Part shown: positions 50,061 through 60,001 of the stretch, one piece after another
Layout of the letters: the number at the start of each line of letters is the position of its first letter
Numbering within the stretch: the stretch's first letter is position 1
DNA from: an uncultured Bacillota bacterium
GTDB lineage: Bacteria; Sysuimicrobiota; Sysuimicrobiia; Sysuimicrobiales; Segetimicrobiaceae
Direction of reading: 5' to 3'
DNA: 64,000 nt
NCBI GenBank assembly: GCA_963787105.1
Contig: CAWBBU010000018.1
Coordinates: 64,082-128,081 of the forward strand
The notes under the pieces: generated by a model
What the model saw: the letters and a program-made list of their open reading frames with translations, nothing else
The model's database searches: none
What the model was told of the DNA's origin: nothing
Made by a program: the position numbers and the translations under genes

Positions 50061-53000
50061 AGGCAGCCTGCCAGGACGTCGACATCCTCCATCGTCAGTG
50101 AGACTAATCCAATGCCGGACGTGCCGGTAAACAGGCCCGGCAAGAAGATGTGCCCCTCCGCCGGCGAGAACAGCCGATAGGCACCACCGTGGCGCTCGGC
50201 ACGGCCAATGCGTCTCGTCAGGATCGCCTCGGCGGCAGCACCCCAGTGCGTGCCCAACCCATTGGCCGCAGCGATCTTCAAGATCGTGATTTTTCCAAAC
50301 GCTCCACAGCACACCTGATCGACCGCGACATCATCGCGTACGGTAGTGGTCAGGGCCACCTCGAGTTCCTGTTCCACCTCGGCATCCCAGAGGCATGTGT
50401 GTCGCAGGCATAGGCGTGCGAGTGCGATACCCGGAGCCCCGTGGCACCAGCTGTTCATGAACTGTGTCGAGTGTTCCGTCGTCCGGAAGTCGGGCCAATT
50501 GCCGCGTGGCGGCGAGAACTGCGAACGCTCGTAGGCCAATCCCCTCCGGGCCGACGTGAGGTACCGGGTCGCCTGGGTGGCTCGATGGAGCCTCGCGAGC
50601 GCGGCGGCGATCCCTCCGGCGCCGTGAGAGAAGCCCGTCAGAGATTTCTTCGCGTCCATACTTGGCCACGCATCATTCTCCGACTGTTGGGTCACCAGAT
50701 GGTCGCCACAGGCGCCCGCCAGCGCGAGCAGGTCGCGAGGGCTCTCTCCAGCGGCCTCTCTGACACGTGCCAACGAGAGCAGCGGTCCGACTAAGCCGGC
50801 ACAGCCGGCGATGATGTCAAGACGGTTGTCGGCGTGTATCCGCTCGACCGTAATCCGATCGGCGAGCGCATGCGCTACCGCACTATAGCTCCCAGACGGG
50901 GGCCGCAGGCCCAGCCGTTCAAGCGTCAGGAGGCTGAGGATCAGACCCCCCGTGCCCGCAAGCCCGAGTGGTTGGTCGCGAACCCAGCGAAACGCCGCAA
51001 ATGCGTCATCAGACTCCAGGGTTTCCAACACTGTTGACATCGACTGGCGGGCATCCTCACGAAGCCGCGCGGCCTCCGCGGCGTGGCCGGGATGCGCATC
51101 TAGGTGCTGTGCGAGTACCGAGAAGAACAGGGCGATGCCGCTGCGCCCGCTGTAGAGCGACGGCCCGACGATCCCAAACCGAAATCGCTCTTGATCCTCG
51201 GCGAGATCCAAGCCGAGCCACGCAGGACGACCCCGTGAACCGCGCAGAATGCGCTGTTGCAGTTGTGTCGCCAAGCGACGCGCCTCCGTCAACCGCCGCT
51301 CCTGGGAAAGCGGGCGAGCGGCTCCGCCGGTCGTCCCCACAATCCCTGGCGAGGTGGCGTCTTGACCGTCGTCGCTCGGCCGCGTGGATTGCAGCTGACT
51401 GGCCTCGATCGCACCGCGAATGAGCTGGAGCTGAAAGTCGATATCCGCCTGTTCGAGGCGCTCGACCCGTCGTCGGCTGGCAGCCAAGCCGGACGCGCGC
51501 ACGAAGCCGGGAATCGGTTCCATGCCGCCGGGAAGCCGCAGCACGTCGCTATCGATCGCCTGCTCGAAATACGGAATATCGAGCGTCTCCATCTGCCGCA
51601 GTTCTGATTCGAAGATCGGCCAGTCGAACGGTTTCTCGTTTGGAATCAGATACTGGCGGCTGAGCTGGTCCAGCTTCACGCCGCGCGCGACCGCAGTGTG
51701 TAGCGCGTCCGGCTCCAGTGCCTGCAGTTGGATGGTCGCATAGACCTGCGTGGGCCGCACCACCACGCGACGTGGAAGTCCGGCGAAACGGTCAAGAAGC
51801 GCGCCGGGCGCAAGGAGGTCGTCCTTGTGACGCAAAAAGTGCTGCATCTGCACGGCGAACCCCTCGCAGAGGGATGACGCGAACTGCTCGAACAGACCCG
51901 GCCGGGTGCCCGTGACCGGAGAGCTTGTCGGCGTTGCGGCGGGTTCGTCGACGCGTCCCCAATGCATGCGGTCGCTGTTCATCGCGACCCACCCATCCCG
52001 CGTCGTCGTCTGGTTCAGCCGCGCGACGCCGAGGGCGCTCGAATCGATGGCGCGCATGCGCCCACCGACCGCCATGAACCGCCACTGGGGCAACAAGCCG
52101 ACGCGCAAGACCGACTGCCCCAACTTCTGCCGGAGATCATCGGGGCCAGCGTCCCGCCGCTCGATCGGGTCATCTCGGTCGCCCTGCAACAGTGTTTCTA
52201 CATCGATCAGCACAAGCTGGTCGCCGTTGGCGATTACATTTTCGTTGTGGCAGTCGTTACAGCCGAGCATGTACAGCACCGCGAGAAGATGGCCCGCGTG
52301 GCGGTAGAATCTCTCGAGTTCTTGATCGCTCTCGCACGGCCGATGATCCACAAATTCCATAAACCCATAGTCCTCGACCGGCAGAACCTTGAGCACACGG
52401 AACACTGGCGCGCCGCCGAGCTCATTCAGATGATGCAGGAAGGCGTGATACGCGCGGTCGACGCCCATATGCCTCGGCTTATAGACGACCTTCCAACGGT
52501 CCCCGCACGTCGTGGAAAAGTCGCAGGACCGCCACGGACCGTCCGCCCCGGTGCGGGTCGCTCAGATTGAGATCGATCTGGCTCAGGAGCGCGTCCGGTG
52601 GGCACCCCGAAGATCTCAAAGAGCACCGCCCTGTTCTGGTGAACCCGTTCGAGCAGTTCCTGACTCGACTCGAGCCACTGATGGACCGCCGTCGACCACA
52701 CACGTCCGAGGACCGGGTACGCACTCAGGATCTCGGTCAAACCATCGCGACGGTGATGCTCGATGAACGCCAGATACTCGTCGGTCGCCGGAGGGCTGTC
52801 GTCGGGAATCTCACCGCTCAGACGCGCCAGCAACGTGCCGCCAACGCCGCGGTGCTCGGAAAATAGCTCGAACACGGCATGTTCGCCGAGACGCGCGAGC
52901 CTCTCAAGCAGGACATCCGAGAGCGCGCGAATGGCTTGCGGGGCGATCCGGTTCAGCACGGCCGGGGGCAGTCCCCGTTGCAGCAACTGCTGTGCCCAGT

Positions 53001-53388
53001 TGCCGATAGGCCGCCATAACTCCTCAAACGGTCGGCGGATCCCGTGGCGGACGGCGGCATCCCCATTCGGCGGGGGCGGTGCGTCCCTACATGCGCGGCG
53101 CAGCTGATCCAGGAGGGGCAGCCAGCACGGCTCGCCGGGCGGCGCATCCACCGGAGGGTTCACTGCCCAGGCCGCATGTTGGAGGGTGTTCCCGCACCAC
53201 TGCAGCCGCTTCTCGAAGTTGGCGCTCTGATGCGGAGCCACCGCGGCCCGCCATGCCGCCAGGCGCTCATCGTCTACCGATGTTGACCCGCACCCTCGAT
53301 CGCGGGCTTCCTGTAGCCGTTCTCGCAGCGTCCAGCCTTCGCGTATGATCAGCCGAGGGCTCGCGGGCTCCAGATCTAACCGGCCCAT
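50018..53388 (-). CDS. lanM: Class II lanthipeptide synthetase LanM (about 1120 aa), two apparent frameshifts
   Basis: N-terminus is ORF 52426..53388. A short stretch lies in ORF 52479..52724 (LLSQIDLNLSDPHRGGRSVAVL). The rest is ORF 50018..52468 (WKVVYKPRHMGVD..., DCHNENVIANG, VLIDVETL dehydratase motifs). LanC-like cyclase motifs are GFSHGAGGIA, NSWCHGAPGIA and VCCGAFG. Breaks are near 52590 and 52522. Confidence 0.85.
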
Positions 53389-53500
53389 GTCTGCCGTTGG
53401 TCCTCCACGCTGCGCTGTGACCGGCTTTCGTCGGGATGGAGAGGCAGTCCTCCGCGAGCGGGCGGCCCTGATCGTGCGCTAAGCCTTGATTTACAAGGGT

Positions 53501-53578
53501 TGGTGGAGACGACGGGATTCGAACCCGTGACCCCCTGCTTGCAAACAGGATACGCGAAGTAGTGCCCCGTGCTCCTCC
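53501..53578 (-). tRNA. tRNA-like element: convincing 3' half (GCA anticodon-like loop, T-arm, acceptor, encoded CCA), non-canonical 5' half
   Basis: Minus strand: ...CCTGTTTGCAAGCAGG-GGGTC-ACGGG-TTCGAAT-CCCGT-CGTCTCC-A-CCA (53550 to 53501). The upstream 28 nt (GGAGGAGCACGGGGCACTACTTCGCGTA) gives 6 of 7 acceptor pairs but no normal D-arm. The anticodon loop is 6 or 8 nt depending on the fold. It is probably a tRNA-Cys 3' fragment or pseudo-tRNA. Confidence 0.4.
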
Positions 53579-53759
53579 GTGTACATAGGTCTTGTCCAGT
53601 GAGGATTTCCGCGTGGCGCAGTGCTTGCGTGTGCTGGCCCTGTGCAGGCCAGTTTCGGTCCCGTAGATTAGCAAAGGATTAGCAGAACGTGTGGCGCTGT
53701 GGCAACGGATCCATGATGCAAACGGGGGGCCCTGACGCAACGGCGACCGAGGAGGATGT

Positions 53760-53924
53760 CGATAAGGCGACCGAGGCGCAGTCCCCCGCGCGCTCCCGGA
53801 ACCGCCCCGCCACGCCGACGATCTGCGCGCGGCAGCCCGAGAGGCGGGCGTAGACCCCTGCCCGCGTCTCGGCGATGAATCCCGCGCCGACGATCCCGAC
53901 GTTCACCCGCGGTGGCGCGGTCAT
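53760..53924 (-). pseudogene. N-terminal fragment of a Gfo/Idh/MocA-type oxidoreductase (truncated)
   Basis: ORF 53679..53924 begins MTAPPRVNVGIVGAGFIAETRAGVYARLSGCRAQIVGVAG (Rossmann N-terminus), then loses protein-like character after about 50 aa. Confidence 0.5.
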
Positions 53925-53933
53925 CGCATCGCC

Positions 53934-54611
53934 TTAGGTCTCTTGGAAATCGTGGCGGGCATCGAGGTGGACAATGCGGAATCGTCTCTCCAATGAGCCA
54001 CCAATCAGGGAGATCGCGTAGGTGATCACAAAGTACATGCTGGCAACAATGGACAAGACGAGGAAACTGTTACGAGTCGTATCGCGCACGAGCAGGCCGG
54101 TCTGGGTCAATTCCGCATATCCGATGATCGATGCCAACGAGGAGTCCTTCAGCGTACCGATATACACACCAACGGATGGCGGCAACATAACTCGGACTGC
54201 CTGAGGACCGATGACATAGCGCATCGTTGCAAGGAATGCCATCCCAGACGCAGAGGCCGCCTCCCATTGTCCCACTCCCACGCTCTCGATCCCCGCACGC
54301 ACAATCTCCGCCATGTTGGCGCTGGCCACTGCGGCAAGCGCCATCGTTGCCGCGGCAAAGGGAGGCACGCTAACGCGCGCGATCAGCGGGATTCCGTAGA
54401 ATGCGAAAAACAACAGCACGAGCAGCGGAATCGAACGAAATCCTTCCACGTACGCGATTGCGCCGACGCGCACAGCTGTCCAGCGGGATGTCCGAGCCAG
54501 ACCGACAAGGATCCCGATGAGCCCGCCCAAGAGGAGAGCCAACCAGCTGATCCACAGCGTGATCCCAGCCGCCCTGACCAGCGTCCCAAAGTATCCGAAG
54601 ACAACCATCAT
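53934..54611 (-). CDS. Polar amino-acid ABC transporter permease (HisM/GlnP-like)
   Basis: 225-aa ORF with 4-nt overlap to the upstream permease. It has His/Glu/Gln/Arg/opine-type permease character (EGFRSIPLLVLLFF, GQWEAASASGM). Confidence 0.85.
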   Translation of the reverse strand: MMVVFGYFGTLVRAAGITLWISWLALLLGGLIGILVGLARTSRWTAVRVGAIAYVEGFRSIPLLVLLFFAFYGIPLIARVSVPPFAAATMALAAVASANMAEIVRAGIESVGVGQWEAASASGMAFLATMRYVIGPQAVRVMLPPSVGVYIGTLKDSSLASIIGYAELTQTGLLVRDTTRNSFLVLSIVASMYFVITYAISLIGGSLERRFRIVHLDARHDFQET

Positions 54612-55243
54612 CTAAATTGGCGGGCGTCGAGCGGAGAGCCAAACACACGTTGGCCGACTATTAGCCGCGCAACATTCACTATTTGGCACAGCACAATGTA
54701 CACAAAGCCGGCCACGAGGAACGTTTCAAAGAAGCGAAACGTGGTGGAGCCGGTAACCCACATCCAGTTTGACAAGTCGAATACCGTCACCACCGACGCC
54801 AAGGACGAACCTAAAAGCACGCCGATAAACATATTCCCCAGCGCCGGGTAAATCGCGCGGAAGACTTGAGGGGCGACAATGTGACGGAGCGTTTGGAAGC
54901 TCGTCATACCCTGAGACGCTGATGCTTCGTACTGTCCTTTGGGAATCGCCTGCAGGCCGCCTCGAAAGACCTCCGTCATGTAGGCACCAGAGTGTAGCGT
55001 AAGACTGATCACGGAGGCAGTGAAAGCGGTGATGCGCCATCCGGCTTGGCTGGAACCGAAATACACGAGATAGAGCAGGATCAGCAGCGGGATGTTCCGC
55101 AAGACCTCAACATAGGTGGCACCCACCGCTCTCAGAACTCTCAAACGGTGGGTTCGCGCGAGGGCTCCGAATACGCCCACCACCATGCTGAAGACTATTG
55201 CCAAGATACTGAGCCACAACGTCGTGCCGATTGCCCCGGGCAA
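54608..55243 (-). CDS. Polar amino-acid ABC transporter permease (HisQ/GlnP-like)
   Basis: 211-aa ORF. YVEVLRNIPLLILLYLVYFG and PKGQYEASASQGM (EAA-like loop). Confidence 0.85.
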   Translation of the reverse strand: MPGAIGTTLWLSILAIVFSMVVGVFGALARTHRLRVLRAVGATYVEVLRNIPLLILLYLVYFGSSQAGWRITAFTASVISLTLHSGAYMTEVFRGGLQAIPKGQYEASASQGMTSFQTLRHIVAPQVFRAIYPALGNMFIGVLLGSSLASVVTVFDLSNWMWVTGSTTFRFFETFLVAGFVYIVLCQIVNVARLIVGQRVFGSPLDARQFR

Positions 55244-55298
55244 ACTTCCAATGTATGGAAGAATTGCCCTCAGATTAATTGATAGCCCATTGAATCCT

Positions 55299-56172
55299 CT
55301 AGGCGAGCTTTACCCCGGGATAGTCGTTCTTGAACCAGCGCTTCCAAACTCCTACGTTCATGCCGGAAATATTGAACCCGCGGACCCACACATTCACCAC
55401 GCGCCACCAGTCGAAATCGCCTGCTGGCAGCCCGATACAAATGTCTTCGAAGGCCCACGATCCCGCGACGCGATATTTGCCCGGATTCTGCCGCATCTCC
55501 TCCGCAATGGAAAAACCGTCATCGGCCAGAGCGTCGATTTGCCCTCCCTGCAAAGCGAGAAACTCGTCGATATTCTTGGTGAAGACTTCAAGTTTTGCAT
55601 TCGGCAGGGTAAGCGGCACCAAGTCATAGGCCGTACCACCACGTGCAACGCCAATCTTGATGCTCGGTTTGTTCAAGTAGTCTACTTTTTGCAGATCACG
55701 CCGGCTGTTCAAGACGGCGAAATCGTTGTGGGTTGTTACGTACGGGTCACTGAATGCGATCACGGTAGAGCGTTGAACGGTATTGGTGAAGTTTGAGATG
55801 GTTATGTCCGCCTTCCCGGTCTGAAGTGCGGCCACGCGCCCGGGACCGTCCAGCTTAACCCACTCAATATTGACCTTCAGGGCTTTCGCGAACGCACCCG
55901 CGATGTCGATTTCGTATCCTTCGAACGTGCCAGCAGGAGTGAGCAGGATTTCCACGGCAGTCCATCTCCCGCCGTTGCAACGCGAAGATCGTGCCACTCT
56001 TCAGAACCCGATTGACGGCATCGGAAGTCTGTGCGTCACTGCGCGCTGCTAGCGCTCCACCAGCGACCATAGCCGCGCCAGCACCCAGACCCACAGGAGC
56101 CAGCATGCGAGATAGTCCACCGGCAACGGTCACGCCCAGCGTACGAGAGAACAAATCGCGCCGTCCGAACAT
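55299..56172 (-). CDS. Amino-acid ABC transporter substrate-binding protein (family 3), one or two apparent frameshifts
   Basis: N-terminus MFGRRDLFSRTLGVTVAGG (Tat-like) in ORF 55864..56172. A third frame reads LRVATAGDGLPW. The body is in ORF 55299..55997 (GYEIDIAGAFAKAL...GKADITISNFT...). Breaks are around 55945-55985. Confidence 0.75.
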
Positions 56173-56509
56173 CTACCATCCCTCCTTCGCGATCGGATAC
56201 GATTGATTGACCCGACGCAACAGCGACGTATCCCTGAAACGGTACCCATCGTACGCGGTTGCCTTAGCCGGCTCCATGCTCGGGGGATATTGGCCATGCG
56301 CGACGCCACGCTGCGTAGGCCAATTCCCTCGCCCGAGCGACGATGCTGGAGTCGCAACACATCCCCCACCTCGCCGCTTGGCGTGGCGCCTGCGCCATGT
56401 TGTGAAATCTATCTTCACTTTCTTTCTGCAAATCGCATTTCCTCTCGCGTGACGTCCAGGCAACGGCCGCCAGCACTCGATGAGCCGGCGCACGCGAGCG
56501 CCCATCAGC

Positions 56510-57930
56510 CACCAACCCGGGGTGTTTCGGGAAGCGGGAATCCGCCGCGCGCGCGTTCGTAGATCCCCGCAACACCGAGCACGAGATCATCGTGCAGATG
56601 TCGTCCCACCGAGCTGCAGGCCTACCGGCAGACCCTCCTCGCTGAGCCCGCACGGCACCGAGACGGCGGGGTGTCCGGTGACGTTGAACATCCAAGTGTT
56701 AGCCGCGTGGAGATCTGGGGTCTCGAGCTCGCAGCCGTGCCACAGATAGGTCATCGCGCCAAGGGGCTTGGCGGTGATGGGCGTCGTCGGCAGCACGAGT
56801 AGGTCGACGCGCTCGAACAGCTCGGCATAGGCGGCGCCGATGTGCCCTGAATCTCGCTGAAACGATCCATCACTTTGCGCCGCTTGCGCCGGAGATTGGC
56901 CCTAATGTAGGCCCGGTAAGATCCCGGCGTCGGCGCCTTCCGCATCATACATTTCCCACTCGTTCAGCAGGGTGATCTCGTCCCACAACGCGATGTCGAA
57001 CATCGGAAGCCTCACCGACTCGACGAAGATGCCGGCCCCGGCACCCGCCAAACTCTCAACTGCCGCCTCCACCCGGGCACCTACGTCCGGCTCGGACCGA
57101 ACTGTCCCCCGCTCACGTCGAAGCCCAGCCGCACCGCCCCGAAGTCGGGGTGCAACACCGCAGACAACGCAGCGGGTGGCGGTGCGTCAAGGGACGTCGG
57201 GTCCAAGGGATCGCGGCCCGCGAGCACCTCTAGCATGAGCGCGGCGTCTTCGACCGTCCGCGCGAGGGGGCCGACGTGTTCGAGCGCCGTGGCCATACCG
57301 AAGACGTCGCCATGCTGGCTGACGCGACCGTAGGTCGGCTTGAGCCCGACGACGCCGGTGAACGCGGCGGGGATACGGATCGAACCGCCGAGATCGGTGC
57401 CGACGCTCCCATAGCTCGTGCCGATCGCAAGGGAGACCGCAGAGCCGCTGCTCGATCCCCCGGGCGTGTAGGTCGGGCCGCCACGGATTTCGGGCCGTGG
57501 GCAGGCGCGCGCTATCCGCGTTGGTGCGGGACATCCCGCTCCCGACGTTCGCTTTTGCGACCACGATGGCACCGGCGGCGGTCAGGCGCTGGACGCAGGT
57601 CGCGTCTTCCTGGCGAGCCGGCGCGTAGTTCGAAAGGCTCACGGTCCCGACGGTCGTGCGGGTCCCGCGCATCAAAAACGCGTCCTTCACCGTCACGGGT
57701 ACGCCGTGGAGCCGACCGAGTGGGCGGCCAAGGCTAACATCCTCATCGGCGCGGCGCGCTGCTTCGCGGGCCTCGTCGGTGGGCGCCGAGAGATGCGCAT
57801 GATGGCGGGGTCAAGCACCGCGGCACGCGCGAGACAGGTGTCCACGAGTTCGGTGGAGGACACCTCTCCGCGCCGGATCAGGTCCGCCGCGACGGCAGAG
57901 AGAACATTCGGTCCTGCGCCACCTCTTACC
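56510..57930 (-). pseudogene. Amidase-signature amidase, decayed paralogue of 25096..26523 (many frame changes)
   Basis: Fragments lie in ORFs 57187..57696 (VKDAFLMRGTRTTVG), 57081..57572 ([50 protein letters not shown]) and 56587..56796 (LPTTPITAKP...NVTGHPAVSVPCG...GLPVGLQL). By eye they are about 70% identical to the intact amidase in the signature block. Confidence 0.75.
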
Positions 57931-58010
57931 CACCTCCCGTCCGGGGCACATCGTAGACGCGCCGCACTACAGGCAGCGGACCGCGCGACGTACGTCTGAG
58001 CCCGGTCCGG

Positions 58011-58801
58011 CTACAGGTCGCGAAGATCCGGACGGTCCACCAGTTCGATGCGCACGCCATCTGGATCGCGGATGATGCCGATGCCCCCAAACCGGTGCCA
58101 GCCGGCTTGGGGCTGTCGGGTTCCGGGGTCACACCCTGCGAAGCGAACCGGTCGAGGGCCGCGTCAACGCTCTCGACGCGCAGCGCGATGTGGCCGAAGA
58201 TGTTGCTCGTAGTGTCGGGTGTCGGCCGGTGCAGTAGCTCCAGCACATCGTACCCATAGTGGTAATATAGAATCGTCTGCTGACGCGACGCCACGTACAT
58301 CTCCTTGAGGACCTTCATGCCGAGGGGCCGTCCATAGAAGTCCTTCGCCGCCGCGAGATTGTTCGCACGCAGCGAGTAGTGGTCTAATGACTGAATAATC
58401 CCCGGCGCGATCGGCGCCATCCGGAAGTCGGGGTTGCGCTGGATGAGCTCGACCCGGGCGCCGTTTGGGTCGCGCACAAAGGCGAGGCGGCCGACGCCCG
58501 AGCCGGCGACCTTGGGCGCATCCAACGCCTCCGCCCCCGTGTCGACCAGCATCTTATAGTCGTCGTCGAGCGCGTCTGACAAAAAGGCCACGTGGGTGAT
58601 CCCGAAAACCTCGTCCCGCGGCGGGCGAACGGCGGTGCAGCGACTCGATCATACCGCCAGTGATCTGGCGAATACCACGTCGGTCTGGCTCGATGGGATG
58701 ATCCTGCGGGAGATTTCCTTGGCGCCGAGCACGTCTCGATAGAACGCGAGCGTCGTGTCCAGGTTCCGTATCACAATGCCGTAGTGGTTAATCTAGATCA
58801 T
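58011..58801 (-). pseudogene. Two-domain VOC (glyoxalase/bleomycin-resistance/dioxygenase) protein with in-frame stops and frameshifts
   Basis: Reading from ATG 58801: MI-TAG-INHYGIVIRNLDTTLAFYRDVLGAKE..., then a TGA and a frame change, then ORF 57926..58591 (LAFVRDPNGARVELIQ; LDHYSLRANNLAAAKDFY...FGHIALRVES). The tail GIGIIRDPDGVRIELVDRPDLRDL lies in another frame and ends at 58011-58013. Confidence 0.65.
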
Positions 58802-58859
58802 GACAGAGTCTCCTTCGCGGTCCCCGCATCACGCGAGATTGAGCGTTCGCCGTCTCTCG

Positions 58860-59690
58860 TCAGGACACCTGCGCGCTCCTTGCTGACGGCGTCTTCGCAT
58901 CGCGGAGGACCCGAGGAGTGACCGTGATCTCGGGGATGTGCATCCGCTCCGGGCAACTCAGCGGCCAGATGAAGATGTCGGCGATGTCAGACGGCCGCAG
59001 CGTTAGCGCCACGTTGCTCTTCAGACGGTGACACCAGCTTATGCCCTCAGACGGTCGTATTGACCGGTCCTGGGCTAACCGAGGTCACGCGAATGCCGGA
59101 ATTGCGGTATTCCTCGATGCAGGGCTCCCCATCCGCGCCCGGGCTCCGTACGGTGAGGACCTGATCGAAACCGTCGGGCGAGCATTTGGCCGAATCCTTC
59201 ACGTGCACGCACCTGACGCTGTTCCGGAGCTGTCTCCACGTGTAGACGCCCGACTCGCCGTAGCGGTACGTGTGCAGGGTTTCCAGAGGATCCCGAGTGG
59301 GTCGCTCGCGCCGCGGGCGTACAGATCGACAATGCGGTTGGACGTTGAAAAATAGTCGCGGGTCTCAAGAAGGCTCATGACACCATGCGTGCGGGTAACC
59401 TCGGCGATTTGGGTCAGTCCCGCGGCGATGGCCTCGATTGTCGCGTCGAAGTCCTGATCCTTGGGAATCGGACCCCCAAACACGCGCATGAAACGGCCCC
59501 GAGCGCCTCGGCAAATGAAAGGTTCTGCCGGGTAGATTCTGCGTTACCGACGAGACGCTCGCCCTCGTCAAGCGAGTTCATCCGGACGCTGATGCCGAAG
59601 TAGGGTCGAGGGTTGGCGCAGTGCTTGGGTCTAAGCAGCAGTCTTTCGGCCCTGTCCATCTCTGACGATGGCGTGCAGACCCCGACGGCT
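58860..59690 (-). pseudogene. Remnant of a xylose-isomerase-like TIM-barrel gene (5'-truncated, several frame changes)
   Basis: The pieces ...FGISVRMNSLDEGERLVGNAESTRQNLSFAEALGA / MRVFGGPIPKDQDFDATIEAIAAGLTQIAEVTRTHGVMSLLETRDYF / LGILW..LHTYRYGESGV...VHVKDS lie in different frames. Confidence 0.4.
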
Positions 59691-59695
59691 GCTCG

Positions 59696-60001
59696 GTACA
59701 AGTCTGGTTCCGACCCCCGCCACCTCGAACCCGGACGTGCGGGTTTCCCGCATCCGGCTCTCCTGCCCACTTCACACCAAGGGTTATGAGACCTATCGAA
59801 CTGGGAGTGCTTTCGGGAGCGCCGGCACGTGTCGGACTCCGTAATCGTCGTACAGGCCGAGTGTGCCGTAGATCCACTCCCTACTCCACCTCTTCCAGCC
59901 GAAGCCTGGTCGTTTTGCCGCTCTCGCAAGGTGGCGCCGTACTTTCTTCTCGATCCAGTACCGCAGACCCGTGAATTGCCGACTGGCGTGACCGATGCGG
60001 A
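59696..60001 (-). mobile_element. 3' segment of the outer group II intron (end of its RT/maturase ORF, domain V, domain VI)
   Basis: ORF 59793..60161 carries RIGHASRQFTGLRYWIEKKVRRHLARAAKRPGFGWKRWSREWIYGTLGLYDDYGV, a group II maturase C-terminus. A near-canonical domain V lies at 59727-59760. The 3' boundary (59650-59700) is approximate. Confidence 0.65.
59727..59760 (-). ncRNA. Group II intron domain V (outer intron)
   Basis: Minus strand GAGCCGGAUGCGGGAAACCCGCACGUCCGGGUUC, compared with the consensus GAGCCGUAUGCG..GAAA..CGCACGUACGGUUC. It has one extra G in the 3' strand. Confidence 0.7.

Noticed and set aside
49186-53500. Additional lanthipeptide precursors or small ORFs flanking lanA/lanM
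   Set aside because: No other small ORF with a Nif11-like leader or a Cys/Ser/Thr-rich tail is seen on either strand. ORFs 49260..49760 (-) and 49366..49563 (+) look like noise.
53267-53740. 157-aa minus-strand ORF
   Set aside because: It reads straight through the tRNA-like element and the lanM upstream region. No protein-like features.
53501-53787. Possible tmRNA (ssrA)
   Set aside because: The 3' end looks tRNA-like. A GGGGACU about 285 nt upstream could give a G3-U70 acceptor stem with TCGAC nearby. However, I found no tag reading frame ending in ..AA-stop and no pseudoknot pattern, and 286 nt is short. The putative 5' end lies inside coding-like sequence of the Gfo/Idh/MocA fragment.
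59041-59110. Short-chain dehydrogenase fragment suggested by GIRVTSVSPGPVNT
   Set aside because: The motif resembles the SDR IRVN.V.PG.V.T block. However, the surrounding frames fit the end of the TIM-barrel remnant (VHVKDS...G.G....EEYRNSG...) equally well, and the match is too short to call.
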